A stretch of 63,529 nucleotides of DNA, filler included, from Lenisia limosa (taxonomy: Eukaryota > Protista > Breviatea), in assembly GCA_001655205.1 (NCBI GenBank). It is 13 parts of 13 records of this genome, joined end to end, with 100 filler letters (N's around TTAATTAATTAA, not from the genome) between each part and the next. Parts side by side here need not be neighbours in the genome. Positions count along the whole stretch, not along the records: positions 44,706 to 52,735 come from LPNZ01009873.1; positions 52,836 to 54,048 come from LPNZ01010332.1; positions 54,149 to 61,979 come from LPNZ01008297.1; 10 more parts are not named here. The stretch is one strand, 5' to 3'. Numbering within the stretch: the first letter of the stretch is position 1; each line of letters opens with the position of its first letter. Made by a program: the position numbers and the translations under genes. The notes under the pieces are model-generated. The model worked only from the letters and a program-made list of their open reading frames with translations, did no database searches and was not told the origin of the DNA. This document shows, one piece after another, positions 47,701 through 60,238 of the stretch.

Positions 47701-50700
47701 CACAACCGTCCTGCAAACCTGAAGGATTTCCCTGTTCTGAACGGAGAGCTCAGCCTCCTTCTCAGCAGCCATTGCCTGCTTCTCTTCAGCCTTGGCGGTG
47801 CTCACACCGATCTCGTCAAGCAACACATCGCAGGCCGCTGTCTTCTCCTCAACCTGGGCGGAGAGTAAAATTGGGATAATGGATTAGTTTGACCACTTCA
47901 GCTGTGTTTCAACTCAATGGATTTTGGCCTTGTTAGAGCGAATCATTTCTCACGCGAAATAGTGACAGTATGCCTACCTGAGCCTTTTGGACGACAAGAC
48001 GTTCGTTCAGGGCCTCCAGTTCCACTGCCGCATCGGCAAGTTTCGTGAGACCCCCTTCGAGACGCTGGCACTACGGGGTAAAGTAAATCCTACTCAAAAG
48101 TAACAATAAATATAAAACATGAATAATTTCCCCGTCATACCTGTTGTGCATTGCCGCTTCGCATATCACTTAGCAATTTGGTGTAGCTCGCAATGAAGGC
48201 AAGGAAGTTATTGGGCGTGACATAGTTGACCCTTCGGTGCTCTTCCTCGAAGCGTGCGGACGACTCCACAACCGACAGGTGCACTAGGGGGTAAAAAGCA
48301 GTACTGTGCAATGGGAACACCACAATGTGTAGCAATTATGTGCCTGTTCTCACTAACAATGATGCATTTATCATGTGCTTTTACTGATAAAACAGCAAGA
48401 ATAACAGAGACCCGCGCACCCAGTTCGACATGCTTGAGAAGATGCGGTCTAATGTCCTCCGCAATGTCCTCGTTCTCCAACAGGCGGTCGGCAACTGCAT
48501 GGAGAGCCTACAGCGTTAGGTGGGGGGGGGGGCACGCTGGGTTACCTGTTGAAAAAAATAAAATAAAATAAATTTTTTTTTAAAAAAATCCAATTTTTAA
48601 GAGACTGTACTGTATGTAGCATCTATTCGATCACGAAAAATCATCAGAGAGGTCAGAAAGAAACCCACTTCTCCAGGCCACTTGTCGAACCAGTTGATGG
48701 TGGTGGCCGAGATCAGTCCCGGGAAGTTGCGACACCTGAAGGGTCAATCGAAATGGCCTTATCCCCCTCGGATGGTATTACATAGAGATAAAAAATAAAA
48801 CAATGCTGTATCCTCAGATGGTAAAATGAGAAGATTGTAACCTAAGCGAACGCACCGTCTTCGCAAAAGGTCCCCTGAGGGTGACATGCAGAGGACAACG
48901 TGGATGTTGTCACGAGCACGCTGCAGGAAGAACTGCCACAGCACGTCCCGAGTGTCGTAGAGGCCTGAAGCGATGGCAGCGTCTTTGGCGGTCAAAGAAG
49001 CGAATAATCAAAGCAATTCTCTGGTTACAAAACANNNNNNNNNNNNNNNNNNNNNNNNNNNNNNNNNNNNNNNNNNNNNNNNNNNNNNNNNNNNNNNNNN
49101 NNNNNNNNNNNNNNNNNNNNNNNNNNNNNNNNNNNNNNNNNNNNNNNNNNNNNNNNNNNNNNNNNNNNCAAGCTCCAGGAAAGACTGTCGTGTCAGAACA
49201 AGGCAACAGTCGAGTCAGAACAAGGGCAACAGTCGTTTCAACATTTAGGGTAGGTCAATAATTAGTCCTCCCCCCCACCTCCTCAACCACTTGCGTGTCT
49301 TGCAGAAGGAATACAGTAGGCTGGTTGTCGGCACCGGCTTGGAGGTAGAGTGCCTTGAGGTCTTCCTTGAACTCCACCTCGCCGTAGTTGCGACTCAGAG
49401 AAATCTCGTATCTAAGCGCAATTAGCAGTCAAGTTTGCAGTGAGTTTGAGAATACTCCTATCAATAATGCTCAAATAATAAAGCAGCCCAAGACGTCAGA
49501 ATTGTCCAACACATCTACATTATTACATTGAATAATCCCCCACGTCTTGCACCCGGCAATGTAACTGGCAAGGCGTGTCATTGAGCTCTTTCCGGAACCT
49601 GTCAACGGTAAGGGAGAGAAAAATGGGAGTGAACATGGGATAATATACTAAACAAAAAAGNNNNNNNNNNNNNNNNNNNNNNNNNNNNNNNNNNNNNNNN
49701 NNNNNNNNNNNNNNNNNNNNNNNNNNNNNNNNNNNNNNNNNNNNNNNNNNNNNNNNNNNNNNNNNNNNNNNNNNNNNNNNNNNNNNNNNNNNNNNNNACC
49801 AATAAGGAGACAGTGGCCACGTGGCATGCGGATGACACGCAGAATGCGTAGTAAATGCATCAGAGCGTCTTGGAAGATGACGAGGTTCATGGGTGACGTG
49901 GGGTGGGCATCGTTATATTCCTGGGGTCGGGTGAGGAATAGTCATGGACATTCTTTGAGAATGTAAAAGAAGGGTATAACACCCCAGGAGCAACTCTCAC
50001 CTCCAAATACTCCTCAATGATTGGCCGGGCGGTGTCATGATCTAAGAGATCGCGATAGGCTCCGGATTCGTCAGTTGATAACGAGAGGTTGCCTAATAAG
50101 GTAAGTGTTATGAATAAGAGAGTTTCCTAATAAGGCTAGTGTTTCGATGGATAAAGCCATTCCTAGCCCCCCGAACCGAAAAGAGTGGGTTGACGAAGAA
50201 CCTCTTCCGCGAAGCTTGGAGCAAGATCTCGCACAATATCACTCATGGCATTCTGGGCGGTCAGGGACTTGAGGGGGATAGAACAAGAAACAAGCTGAAG
50301 CTCTCACCTCCACAATATCTCTATCGTTGGTTGAAACAAGACGGTCGGAGAAGACGCGGGTAGTCTCGTGCTTCCACATTCTGACAAAGCTGGTAGGGGT
50401 GTTGATGGCGGTTGACTTGGCTTGGAACAGCCCCTCAACAACACGCGACAAGTCCCTCAAGTTGAACTGGTAATGGAACTTGGCCGGTGTGGGCGGCAGA
50501 GACGTTAGCGCAGTGTGGAAGATCTGGATGGTGAGATGGCACGCGGAATTAGGAGAATAAATGGCACGGTCCGAAAAAGACCTGTAAAATATCGATATTT
50601 ATCGAGGATTTATCGAGAAAAGTCAGTCTTTTCGGGACCGCAGGGAAGGAAGGCCTAGTAATGGCGGACCTTTAGAGTGCTGTTGACGACCGAGGGCACC

Positions 50701-52735
50701 AGGTCCCGGACTTGGTCATTGAAGCCGGCCATGCTGTGCTCCAAANNNNNNNNNNNNNNNNNNNNNNNNNNNNNNNNNNNNNNNNNNNNNNNNNNNNNNN
50801 NNNNNNNNNNNNNNNNNNNNNNNNNNNNNNNNNNNNNNNNNNNNNNNNNNNNNNNNNNNNNNNNNNCCCAGCAATATAGTGAACAAAACTCCGATATGAT
50901 AATGAACAAAACAAGACGAACCTTCTGAGAGAACTGTCGCTGGGGAAGGTGATGTTGAACACACTGAAGAGACTAATGAATCGAGGGTCTACAACGTGCC
51001 GTCCTCCGCCTGTCCAGTAAGTGGCGTGATGAAGGCCCTATCATAACAGTCCCACCCACCAGGAGGGGCCATGGCGGCAACGTACTGCACGTCCCTGAGG
51101 TTTTTCCAGTTAAGTTCCTTGGCTCGGTCGTAGAAGCCGCCACGTTCGATGAGTAGCTGGAATGTCATTGTTAAGTGGGGATGCAACAGATCCGCTCATA
51201 TTTAACCTTCAGAAGAGCAACTCAACATGGACCCACCTTCAGAAGAGCAACAGGCTGTTGTGTGCCGTATTTGTCCTTTTGCGGCATATTTAGGTCGTCG
51301 ATGCTGATGACAAGCTTCCGACCCGGCATGGGTCCGAAGGTGTCTTTGGTCCGCTTCTCCACGTTGGCCTGAATCGTTAATACAGGTTGCCAATACAGAA
51401 AATTGTCACGGATATCCGAACAACAAGTTTCGGTGACGTTTTTTAATAAAATTCACACAGGTTGCGCTCAGTTTTGGCATGCAGACATGATGATTTGGTG
51501 GTAATCGAGGCAAAGCGGCAGACAAAAGTAGACCCTCCCACCTCAATAACATTCTGCACATCCATGGACGAAGTGCGGGAGGAGAAGTTGAGGCCGATCA
51601 GCTGGGTAGAGTCACTGGGTAGGTTGCGCAGGTAGTGTTGGATTGTAACGGTTTTCGAGGTTCCCGAGTCTCCAACCCATAGAACTGGGTTACCTAATGC
51701 GGTCAGTTGTGAAAGCAATTTGGCACAAGGCACCCTCCCCATACTCATCCGAGCCACGAGGTCGAGAACAAAAGTATTCCGGGCGGTATCAACAGTCGGT
51801 ACCAATGCGTTGTAGAACATGCCATCTTCCGGCGGCGTATAGGCCGGCACAGCCTGAAACGTCACAGGAGTGAAAGAGCAAGAAATATCATAAAAAAATA
51901 TTGGAAAACCTATAGAGATACCAAAAAAAAATTACCATAATTATCGCGGGGATTACATGGGCATTATTTGGAGCTGTGGTAGACAAGGGTGAAGAGCCCC
52001 CCACCCCTCACCTTCTCCCAGGCAACCCAGCATTGATCCTCGAGGCGGAAGAAGTACTCGTAGAGCGTAGGCAAAACACCTGTGATGTAATTGACGTTGG
52101 AATCAGATATAGCGGGGATAATAGTACTATGGTGATTTGTTTATGGTATCCTCATGTATTCTTATGAAATATATCATATGTATTCTCTTACTCAAAGTTG
52201 CCCAATTAGACACAAAAGCACATACCAGGCAGGGCACTAGGGCCGGGAAGGATATCGGGGCTTTCGATGACACTCAAATCCGCAGCGCGCTTCAATGCCA
52301 CATCAAATCTGCAGGTGGTAAGGAATTCGTCCAGGGTAAACAAGGGAGAAATGGCAGGACGTTACGCTCATCTAACCTTGGCCGAGCCTCAAGCACCAGG
52401 GGACCTCCAATAGACCAAACCAGACAGAAAATGAAAATGGCNNNNNNNNNNNNNNNNNNNNNNNNNNNNNNNNNNNNNNNNNNNNNNNNNNNNNNNNNNN
52501 NNNNNNNNNNNNNNNNNNNNNNNNNNNNNNNNNNNNNNNNNNNNNNNNNNNNNNNNNNNNNNNNNNNNNNNNNNTACATAGAACAAAATCATTATATGCG
52601 ATATAACACACGAACCTGGGGGTCCAAGAAGGCCTTGTCCTGAGACAACATTGATGACAGAAGAACACACAGCTGACGAACGGCCGAGAGAGGGTTAATA
52701 TCCACTACGGTTCGGAGCGGCTTGGTCACAACACC
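44706..52735 (-). CDS. DNAH10: Axonemal inner-arm dynein I1/f alpha heavy chain, internal fragment (end of AAA2 to AAA5)
   Basis: [15 protein letters not shown] (GTSKT as in DNAH10 AAA3); [19 protein letters not shown]; [31 protein letters not shown]; [32 protein letters not shown]; [39 protein letters not shown]; [19 protein letters not shown]. Confidence 0.93.
46721..46836 (-). mobile_element. Acceptor cassette copy in DNAH10 intron 46721-46885
   Basis: Same core; the intron splits ..GVAKK|VNPKKQ in frame. Confidence 0.85.
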
Positions 52736-52835
52736 NNNNNNNNNNNNNNNNNNNNNNNNNNNNNNNNNNNNNNNNNNNNTTAATTAATTAANNNNNNNNN
52801 NNNNNNNNNNNNNNNNNNNNNNNNNNNNNNNNNNN

Positions 52836-53480
52836 CCACCTTTAGATTTAGCCATGATAGTTGCTTCGTCATTAATGGTAGTTAACATCTCCATGTTCAC
52901 TTTGCCTCTAAATTAATAAAGCGTGAAGAAAATCAATCTGACCAAAGCCATCCATACAATCACCCTAGTGGGTAATAGTATAGTATTGATTCACATTGTT
53001 TACTCACAACTATATAAAAAAAAACCAAATTCCCCACACCCGAAACGTGTGGTACCCCCCAGCAGTAGTCCCCCCAAACCTGCAATAATAGCCAGCAGGG
53101 GCAGTGGGGCAAAGTTCAATAGCTGGGGGAGTAAAACGAAGGAAATTTCGATGGAGAATACTGACGTAAAGGTACTAATCACGAACCGAGTCATCTTAAA
53201 CTAAAAACAAACACGAGCAACCACCAGATGACAAAAACACAAAAACAAAAACAAGCCCGAGCCAGCCTTTGAAGAGTCCCACACCGCTCGATCACCCAAA
53301 CGTACCTGTAAGGCGTTAAAAAAGTAAGGGGGAATTTTAAAAATCCGACTTATTAACCGTCACAACCCAATCAAAACGCTGAGAGCCGTCCCAAGCATAT
53401 GACCCCCGAGGGGATCAAAGCTGGATGGACAGAGCAGACCAGACCAAACTGCAGAAAAGAATCTCTACAGGTACGAATAA
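52836..53480 (-). CDS. Fragment of an unidentified membrane protein
   Basis: Hydrophobic exon LLNFAPLPLLAIIAGLGGLLLGGTTRF (53122-~53045) after an acceptor cassette; flanking open exons. Confidence 0.35.
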
Positions 53481-54289
53481 TATGGTGCCAAGCAAACTCT
53501 GACTATTTTAAACCATACTGATGCTGAGCAAAAAAGTAGTAATGATATCAACAAAAAGTGGCTGAACAAAACAAACACTCATACAGCAAACATTAAAATC
53601 AAAACAACAGCACAAAAAAAAAAACAAAGGGGCACAAGTCAAANNNNNNNNNNNNNNNNNNNNNNNNNNNNNNNNNNNNNNNNNNNNNNNNNNNNNNNNN
53701 NNNNNNNNNNNNNNNNNNNNNNNNNNNNNNNNNNNNNNNNNNNNNNNNNNNNNNNNNNNNNNNNNNNNNNNNNNNNNNNNNNNNNNNNNNNNNNNNNNNN
53801 NNNNNNNNNNNNTATATGATATGTGTATTCATTAAATCAAGGGATATATGTATTATACAGTGACCATGGTAACTCTTGACATATTTTCCTTGGGAAATCA
53901 CACAGCAAATTGGTCAAGACTTATCCCGGTCATAGTATTAATATACCTTTGGAAAATGACTCGACCGCAGAGGGGTGGCTCATGAGATCTCTTTGCGCGG
54001 CTCTGGAGTGTTAAAGCGAAAAAGATAATTGATTTTGAGGTTGAATCANNNNNNNNNNNNNNNNNNNNNNNNNNNNNNNNNNNNNNNNNNNNTTAATTAA
54101 TTAANNNNNNNNNNNNNNNNNNNNNNNNNNNNNNNNNNNNNNNNNNNNACGACTGATATATATATCCGATTGAGCTGATGGTTTTTTTTTGCATTTTCAC
54201 CCCCCCCCACCATGGAAACAGTTTCCCTCCCAAGTACGCTTCATATCTCAACTCTCTAATCAAATATATCATATCAAACATGGAAAAGC

Positions 54290-57200
54290 AAACAGTCAAA
54301 CAACCACCCTGCTTACTTGGTCATTTCTGAGGGTCTTGGTAGAGGAACCACCTTCGTCTCTGAAAATTGTAAGAGTTAACTTTGATCTTTGGATAAAATA
54401 CAATGCCTTTTGAAAGCAGATTCATTACACAATCTTAACTTTGCAACAAATCCAAAGTTAAGGTCAAAATTATGTTTAGGGCAAATGGTTTGGACAATTT
54501 CTCTTCCAAACATGTTGTAAATGGCTTAGTTCCCCCATTGAATTCAATCCCAACACTGCATTCCTACCTGAGTTGACATGATACTCCAAAAGGGCCCTAA
54601 AAGGTCAGTCGTAACAAAGCAGCCGAGTGATGGTGTAATAGTGAATTATGTTACGTTACTTCATTTGCTTATTATTTTGCTCTCAAATAATGATACTCAC
54701 CCAGGAGTATCAGTTAGAAATAAGAGGGCCCAAAAACGACCGAATATCTCGATAAATCCTCGATAAATATCGATATTAAAACGGACTTTTTCAGACCATA
54801 GAAAACCCTAGAAATGAGTTCTAAAGGCCCCTATTGTACTTCATTTCGCTTCAAAAATGAAAGGACGGAATTTCTCAATCAATCCTCCATCAATCTCGAT
54901 ATTTTACCGGTATTTTTTGGACTGAGTGAAACCCCTGATACCTGGCTTGGGCTCGTGTAGTGAGGTAGCTTCTGACCACTTCTGCCGACTCTTGTGTTTC
55001 CTGCAGAAAACAGTGAATGACCAACACGAATAATGCAAGCAATATCGTCCAGCAATATCTGAAAAGAATGGCCTTGCTTACATTGAGTCTGTCTTTCTCT
55101 TGTTGACGCAGTTTAGCAATAGCTGCTTTATGTGTTATCTAGTTAAGTGAATATCATAAAATATACATGTATATATTGTAAAATATATCCAGAAATCCAT
55201 AAAACAATATTTATACATGTATATGATATGTGTATATATCAAGGAAAGGACTTCCAATATGTGAACGTGAAAAAACCTTCTATAGTGTATACCACTAATT
55301 GTTTCTGATGTATTTATTTTTGGTCAAAACAATTCAATACCTTAGCTTTTTCAATTTTGTCGACCAGAGACTTGTATGCCTTTTCTCTCCTTTTTGTGTC
55401 CTCTTTAACACTTTTCATAACCTAGAGGTTGGTCAGAAACCAGTTTTATGAATTCATCATACATTACAATTAGGGGTTATATCAATGAGATAAAAAAAAA
55501 ACAAGGTTGTATCTNNNNNNNNNNNNNNNNNNNNNNNNNNNNNNNNNNNNNNNNNNNNNNNNNNNNNNNNNNNNNNNNNNNNNNNNNNNNNNNNNNNNNN
55601 NNNNCTTGTATGGGGGGTTATAAATATTATCTCTTGCGTACCTTCTCTTTGCCGTCTTCAAGAGCGTTACTCAGTGTTTCGAGGGAAGAGTCCATGTCCT
55701 TTTGGAGCTTGGCGGCGCTGAAGTGTTGTAACTACGACTTCACTTCGATTCGAAAAAATACTGAATTTCAATCTTCAAAAACTATCAATATTCCAGTCTT
55801 TTTCGAACCGAAGTGAAGCTCTAGTACTAGAGCTTCCATATGGTCCCAAAAAGACCGTCAAAATATCGATATTTATCGAAAATTTATCAAACAATTTAGT
55901 TTTGTTTAAAACTGTGGGTCATATATCCGAGATAGTCCAGACCTAACAGAAAGCCCAATATCCTTGTCAGGACTTATCGCAATCAAATCCAAAAGTGATA
56001 AAATATAATATATCATATACATGAATATATGTATATACANNNNNNNNNNNNNNNNNNNNNNNNNNNNNNNNNNNNNNNNNNNNNNNNNNNNNNNNNNNNN
56101 NNNNNNNNNNNNNNNNNNNNNNNNNNNNNNNNNNNNNNNNNNNNNATATATAATATATATTGCATTATAGTACCGAGTGACCGGGTAAATCTTGACCGAT
56201 TTGCTCTATGATTTCTCAAGGAAAATCCCGGTCAGTAAGCATTGAATATAAAAACAGAAATGCTCTAAATAGTCAAAAAGAATACCTAAGCGCATTGACT
56301 TCTTCCCTTCTCGCCAAGTCAGCTTTCAATGATTGGTGCTGTGCTTTGGCTGGAAGGTAAGAGTACTTCATATCAAAATACTATCTTTTACATCACATAT
56401 ATTTGGGGCTGACAAACCTTTGGTGACATCGGTATCATACGCTTGGAGGAGGGCGGAGTAATCCTCTTCAACCTAATTGCATGAGCCAAAACCCAACGTC
56501 TGTTTGAATCGACACACCAAATTCCAGGCACTCCGAGGTTTTATTTTGCTTTACCGGTCTTCTTTCAAGACCGATATTATATGCATCATACTACATACAT
56601 GTACATGTACATATAATATACTAAATAGTTCATATCATATCTAAGAGAGAGAGATAGACGACGTACATCTGTGGAGTGTTTGTTAACTGTGTTTGAAGTT
56701 ACATTATATGTTTTCTTAAATCCCTAGACGTCTTTTTTAGAAATAAAAACACAGAATCTTGAAACTCAAACCTGCGCGCGATCTTCATCATAGACACGCA
56801 AGTTGTCCAAAATGGCGACATTGGGCAGGTGCTTGATGACAAACTGCTTGTACGTAATTGCAGCAGAGACGGGGGCGGGGGCAAATTGGCCGTCATTGAG
56901 CGACAGGTCGAAAAGCTGGGTGAGCCCCTTTAATGGCTAGGGGAGGGGGGTGAAACGAAAGAATTTTTACAAATAGTTTGGCGCGTTAGNNNNNNNNNNN
57001 NNNNNNNNNNNNNNNNNNNNNNNNNNNNNNNNNNNNNNNNNNNNNNNNNNNNNNNNNNNNNNNNNNNNNNNNNNNNNNNNNNNNNNNNNNNNNNNNNNNN
57101 NNNNNNNNNNNNNNNNNNNNNNNNGAAAAGTACAAAACAAAAATTAACTCCATTATTGAAACTGGGTTGAAAACATCAAAACACCCAAAGCCCAGGCAAG

Positions 57201-58790
57201 TCGTTTCTGCAGCAACATCCCATCATAAAAATGAAAGAAATGTTGTTGAAGATTTAATATATGTATATGATATATGCATTTGTATTATCTACATTGACTA
57301 CGATAATTTCAGGTCTGATTGTCTAACTGATCAAATCACTCATGAAATACCCCATACTACCTTGAGTGGCGCAATACTCTGAATAGGGTTGTCAGAGGCA
57401 CCAAGAATTTGCAGATCATGAAGGGTTGACAGCGGTGATAGGTCCGAAATATTGTTCGACTGGGGTATGGGATATTGTTATTGACATATTGGTATCATAT
57501 AAAACTATATACTATACTGGATAGTATAATATTATTGTGATGCAGCATGAATGATTGATTTGACATGTTATTATTACCCGTTTAATATTCCTTTAACAGT
57601 TTAGAATGGTGAAAATCCCTAATTATTGCTTGTAAAAAGCCCGAAAACAACCACAATTACCTGTATCCAAAGTTCCTTTAGAGTTGTAATAGCGGATAAG
57701 GGGGTCAGATCAGAGATCTCGTTTGTGTGGATCCAGAGCTTGGCAAGTTTGGAGAGCCTAGGGATTGTGAAATGAGCCATATCGGCATATTACTGAAGCC
57801 CTAAACATACCTGTCAATGCCCGTAATGTCTTCGAGTAACCCATCGGTGAAGTAGGCCTGTCTAACGTGCGGAAGTTCTGGGAGAGTTTCGAGTGAAGTG
57901 AAGGGCTGACCGCTGATGTTGAGGGATCGAAGCGTGTCTGTCAAGTCAATGGGAAAAATATTGGTAAAGAAATTGTAAAGCTGACAAACTTTTAAATTGG
58001 ACACTGTCAAAAAAGAAAAGTAAATTTTACAAAACCATAATTAACGACGGTTTCTCTTAATGCATCAGGTTTGGTTAAGTATATTATTTATCATAAATGG
58101 CGCCCTATAGTCCCAATTATGAACTAAAATATAGTCTACCAGAGTCACCAACTTGATGCTCCCCATATTCACCTTATTCCTAGGGCTTCACTTCGGTCGA
58201 AAAAGACCAGTAACATATCGATAGTTTTCGAGGATTTATTGAAAAATTCAGTCTTTTTCAAACCGAGTGAAGTCATACACATATCAGATACCAAGAACCC
58301 CACCTTTTACCAACACCAAAGCAGATAAGTCTCTCAAGCCAGTTTCAATCACTACACGATCAAAAGTTATGCGCTGTGATATGACAGAATATTATAATAC
58401 CGTATCATTACACTTTTTCAATGGGAAAGGCTGCTGAAAGAAGATGAGGCCTTTTCCTGGTTACTGTATATCAAATTATAACACCATAATATATTGACAG
58501 ATAGAAATAACCATGCGGTCTTCTCCTCTTACGTGTTAGCGACTTCAAATGAACAAACACCCCGATTCCTGCCAAGCTAAATTGGTGAGACACTTAATGG
58601 CAAGGCTTCAATTCTGAAACCTGATTTCCAACCTGTTGTTTTTCGTTTTGAAAAAGAAAGAAATGGAAATAAAGACCACTCCTGTTCTTACTTATGAAGT
58701 GGCGTAAAGAGAATATCCAACTTCAAGACCTCCTCTGGCGCTTCGTCCGTGCTGCTTTCCTAACAGAAGTTATCATCGTTATTGGGACTC
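54290..58790 (-). CDS. Leucine-rich-repeat protein (SDS22-like LRRs + LRRcap, then coiled coil; possibly LRRC9-like)
   Basis: TLRSLNISGQPFTSLETLPELPHVRQAYFTDGLLEDITGID|LSKLAKLWIHTNEISDLTPLSAITTLKELWIQ|SNNISDLSPLSTLHDLQILGASDNPIQSIAPLK|..YKQFVIKHLPNVAILDNLRVYDEDR (LRRcap). Confidence 0.8.
56937..57224 (-). mobile_element. Acceptor cassette copy (gap inside) in the LRR gene
   Basis: TGATGGGATGTTGCTGCAGAAACGACTTGCCTGGGCTTTGG at the 5' end; ATTCTTTCGTTTCACCCCCTCCCCTAG at the 3' end. Confidence 0.75.
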
Positions 58791-59015
58791 AGTGCAGCTC
58801 AATGAGAAATTAATTTTGAATTTTGTCGATAGTTTACGAGGATATAATGAGAAAATGAGCTTTTTTTGTTGGAACCGAAGTCAAGCCCTACTTACAATGA
58901 GTTCTTCTGTCAGGGAAAATGAGTCGCTAATATCGGCATGACGCTTCGCCATTGTACCGGACAAAGAAGGTTGAGATGTAAAGGGCAGCTGGACAAGTGC
59001 AACTGCACAAGAGCG

Positions 59016-59520
59016 TTATGCAAACTCGTAGGAATACCAAATTCTCTTCTTGAGCGTTGATCGGAGCTCCTGAAGGGTGCAGAGTAAGTTCTGTTGGTTG
59101 TGTTGTTTGTGATATACAAGACTGTCAGGGCTGTGGGAGGGTCTATAATGAGCATTATTTATCAACAACTCTGATTTATTAAACAGGACCAACAAACAAA
59201 TAACAAAACAGTGCAGTTTGACCAGGCCATCATAACACCCCCCCCCCCCAACCCTTGGAGGGGGNNNNNNNNNNNNNNNNNNNNNNNNNNNNNNNNNNNN
59301 NNNNNNNNNNNNNNNNNNNNNNNNNNNNNNNNNNNNNNNNNNNNNNNNNCCATTCAACAGCAGAGCTTCTTCCTCAACCAATAATATAAAGCAACAACAA
59401 AACCCCAGAAGATTATTATTTTCATTCACCAAAATGTCACCAAAATAGTTTTCACCAAAAAAGGCTGGCTCGGTCAGAATGCGCGTCACCCCCAGAAAGC
59501 GAGAGCCAGCAGGAACAGGA
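59016..59520 (-). CDS. 3' end of an unidentified gene
   Basis: LFLLALAFWGVTRILTEPAFF, LVEEEALLLN and a terminal exon ELRSTLKKRIWYSYEFA*. Confidence 0.35.
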
Positions 59521-60238
59521 AGACTAATTTATTAGAGAAGAGAGAGAGAAAAGTAGAGAGAGACAAGTAGGGAAGAAAAGAAGAAATAGCATAGAAGAGA
59601 AGAAGTCCCTGAAACACAAAGAGAAGAGCGCTTCCACTCCAGTATGTCGCACCTAGTTACGTTACTAAGCCTGCTGCTCTTCGTACTCACAAATCATTGT
59701 TGTTTCTCAGCCAATATCATGTGGGTCCGCTTTGATCCGCCGCTTTCTTTGGTTTTAATCTTCTCATGTTACAGATCAATCGCCACTTTGACTTCGAATT
59801 ATTATTATATATATATATATATATATATATACTAATTGCGATTAGATATTGAGGTTCATCTTTAGTCAATCAGGACTTATCGCGGTCAGGGAATCATATG
59901 ATATGTGCACCTTGCTTAGTGACATAGTTTGTTAATGACTGGAATGAAGTAAAGTGGGGGCTTCACAGATACATAAAAGAAGAGGGAAGTAAGGTAGGGA
60001 ACCAGGCAATTTGCATGCGGGATTTTCAAATTTCAAATATTGCAATTTTCACTTTTATTCCTCAATATTCAGCTGAAATCTGAAATCGTATTAACCTGGT
60101 CTACCTGGATATAGTATATATATCTGTGCACACAGCTTTCTGCGTACCTCCGCAGCATACCAGGATAAACATTTCACAAAAAAAGTGCAGATAGCAGATA
60201 TAGTCCCCCCCCCCTCCCCCTGCTTACCCTGTAGTCTA

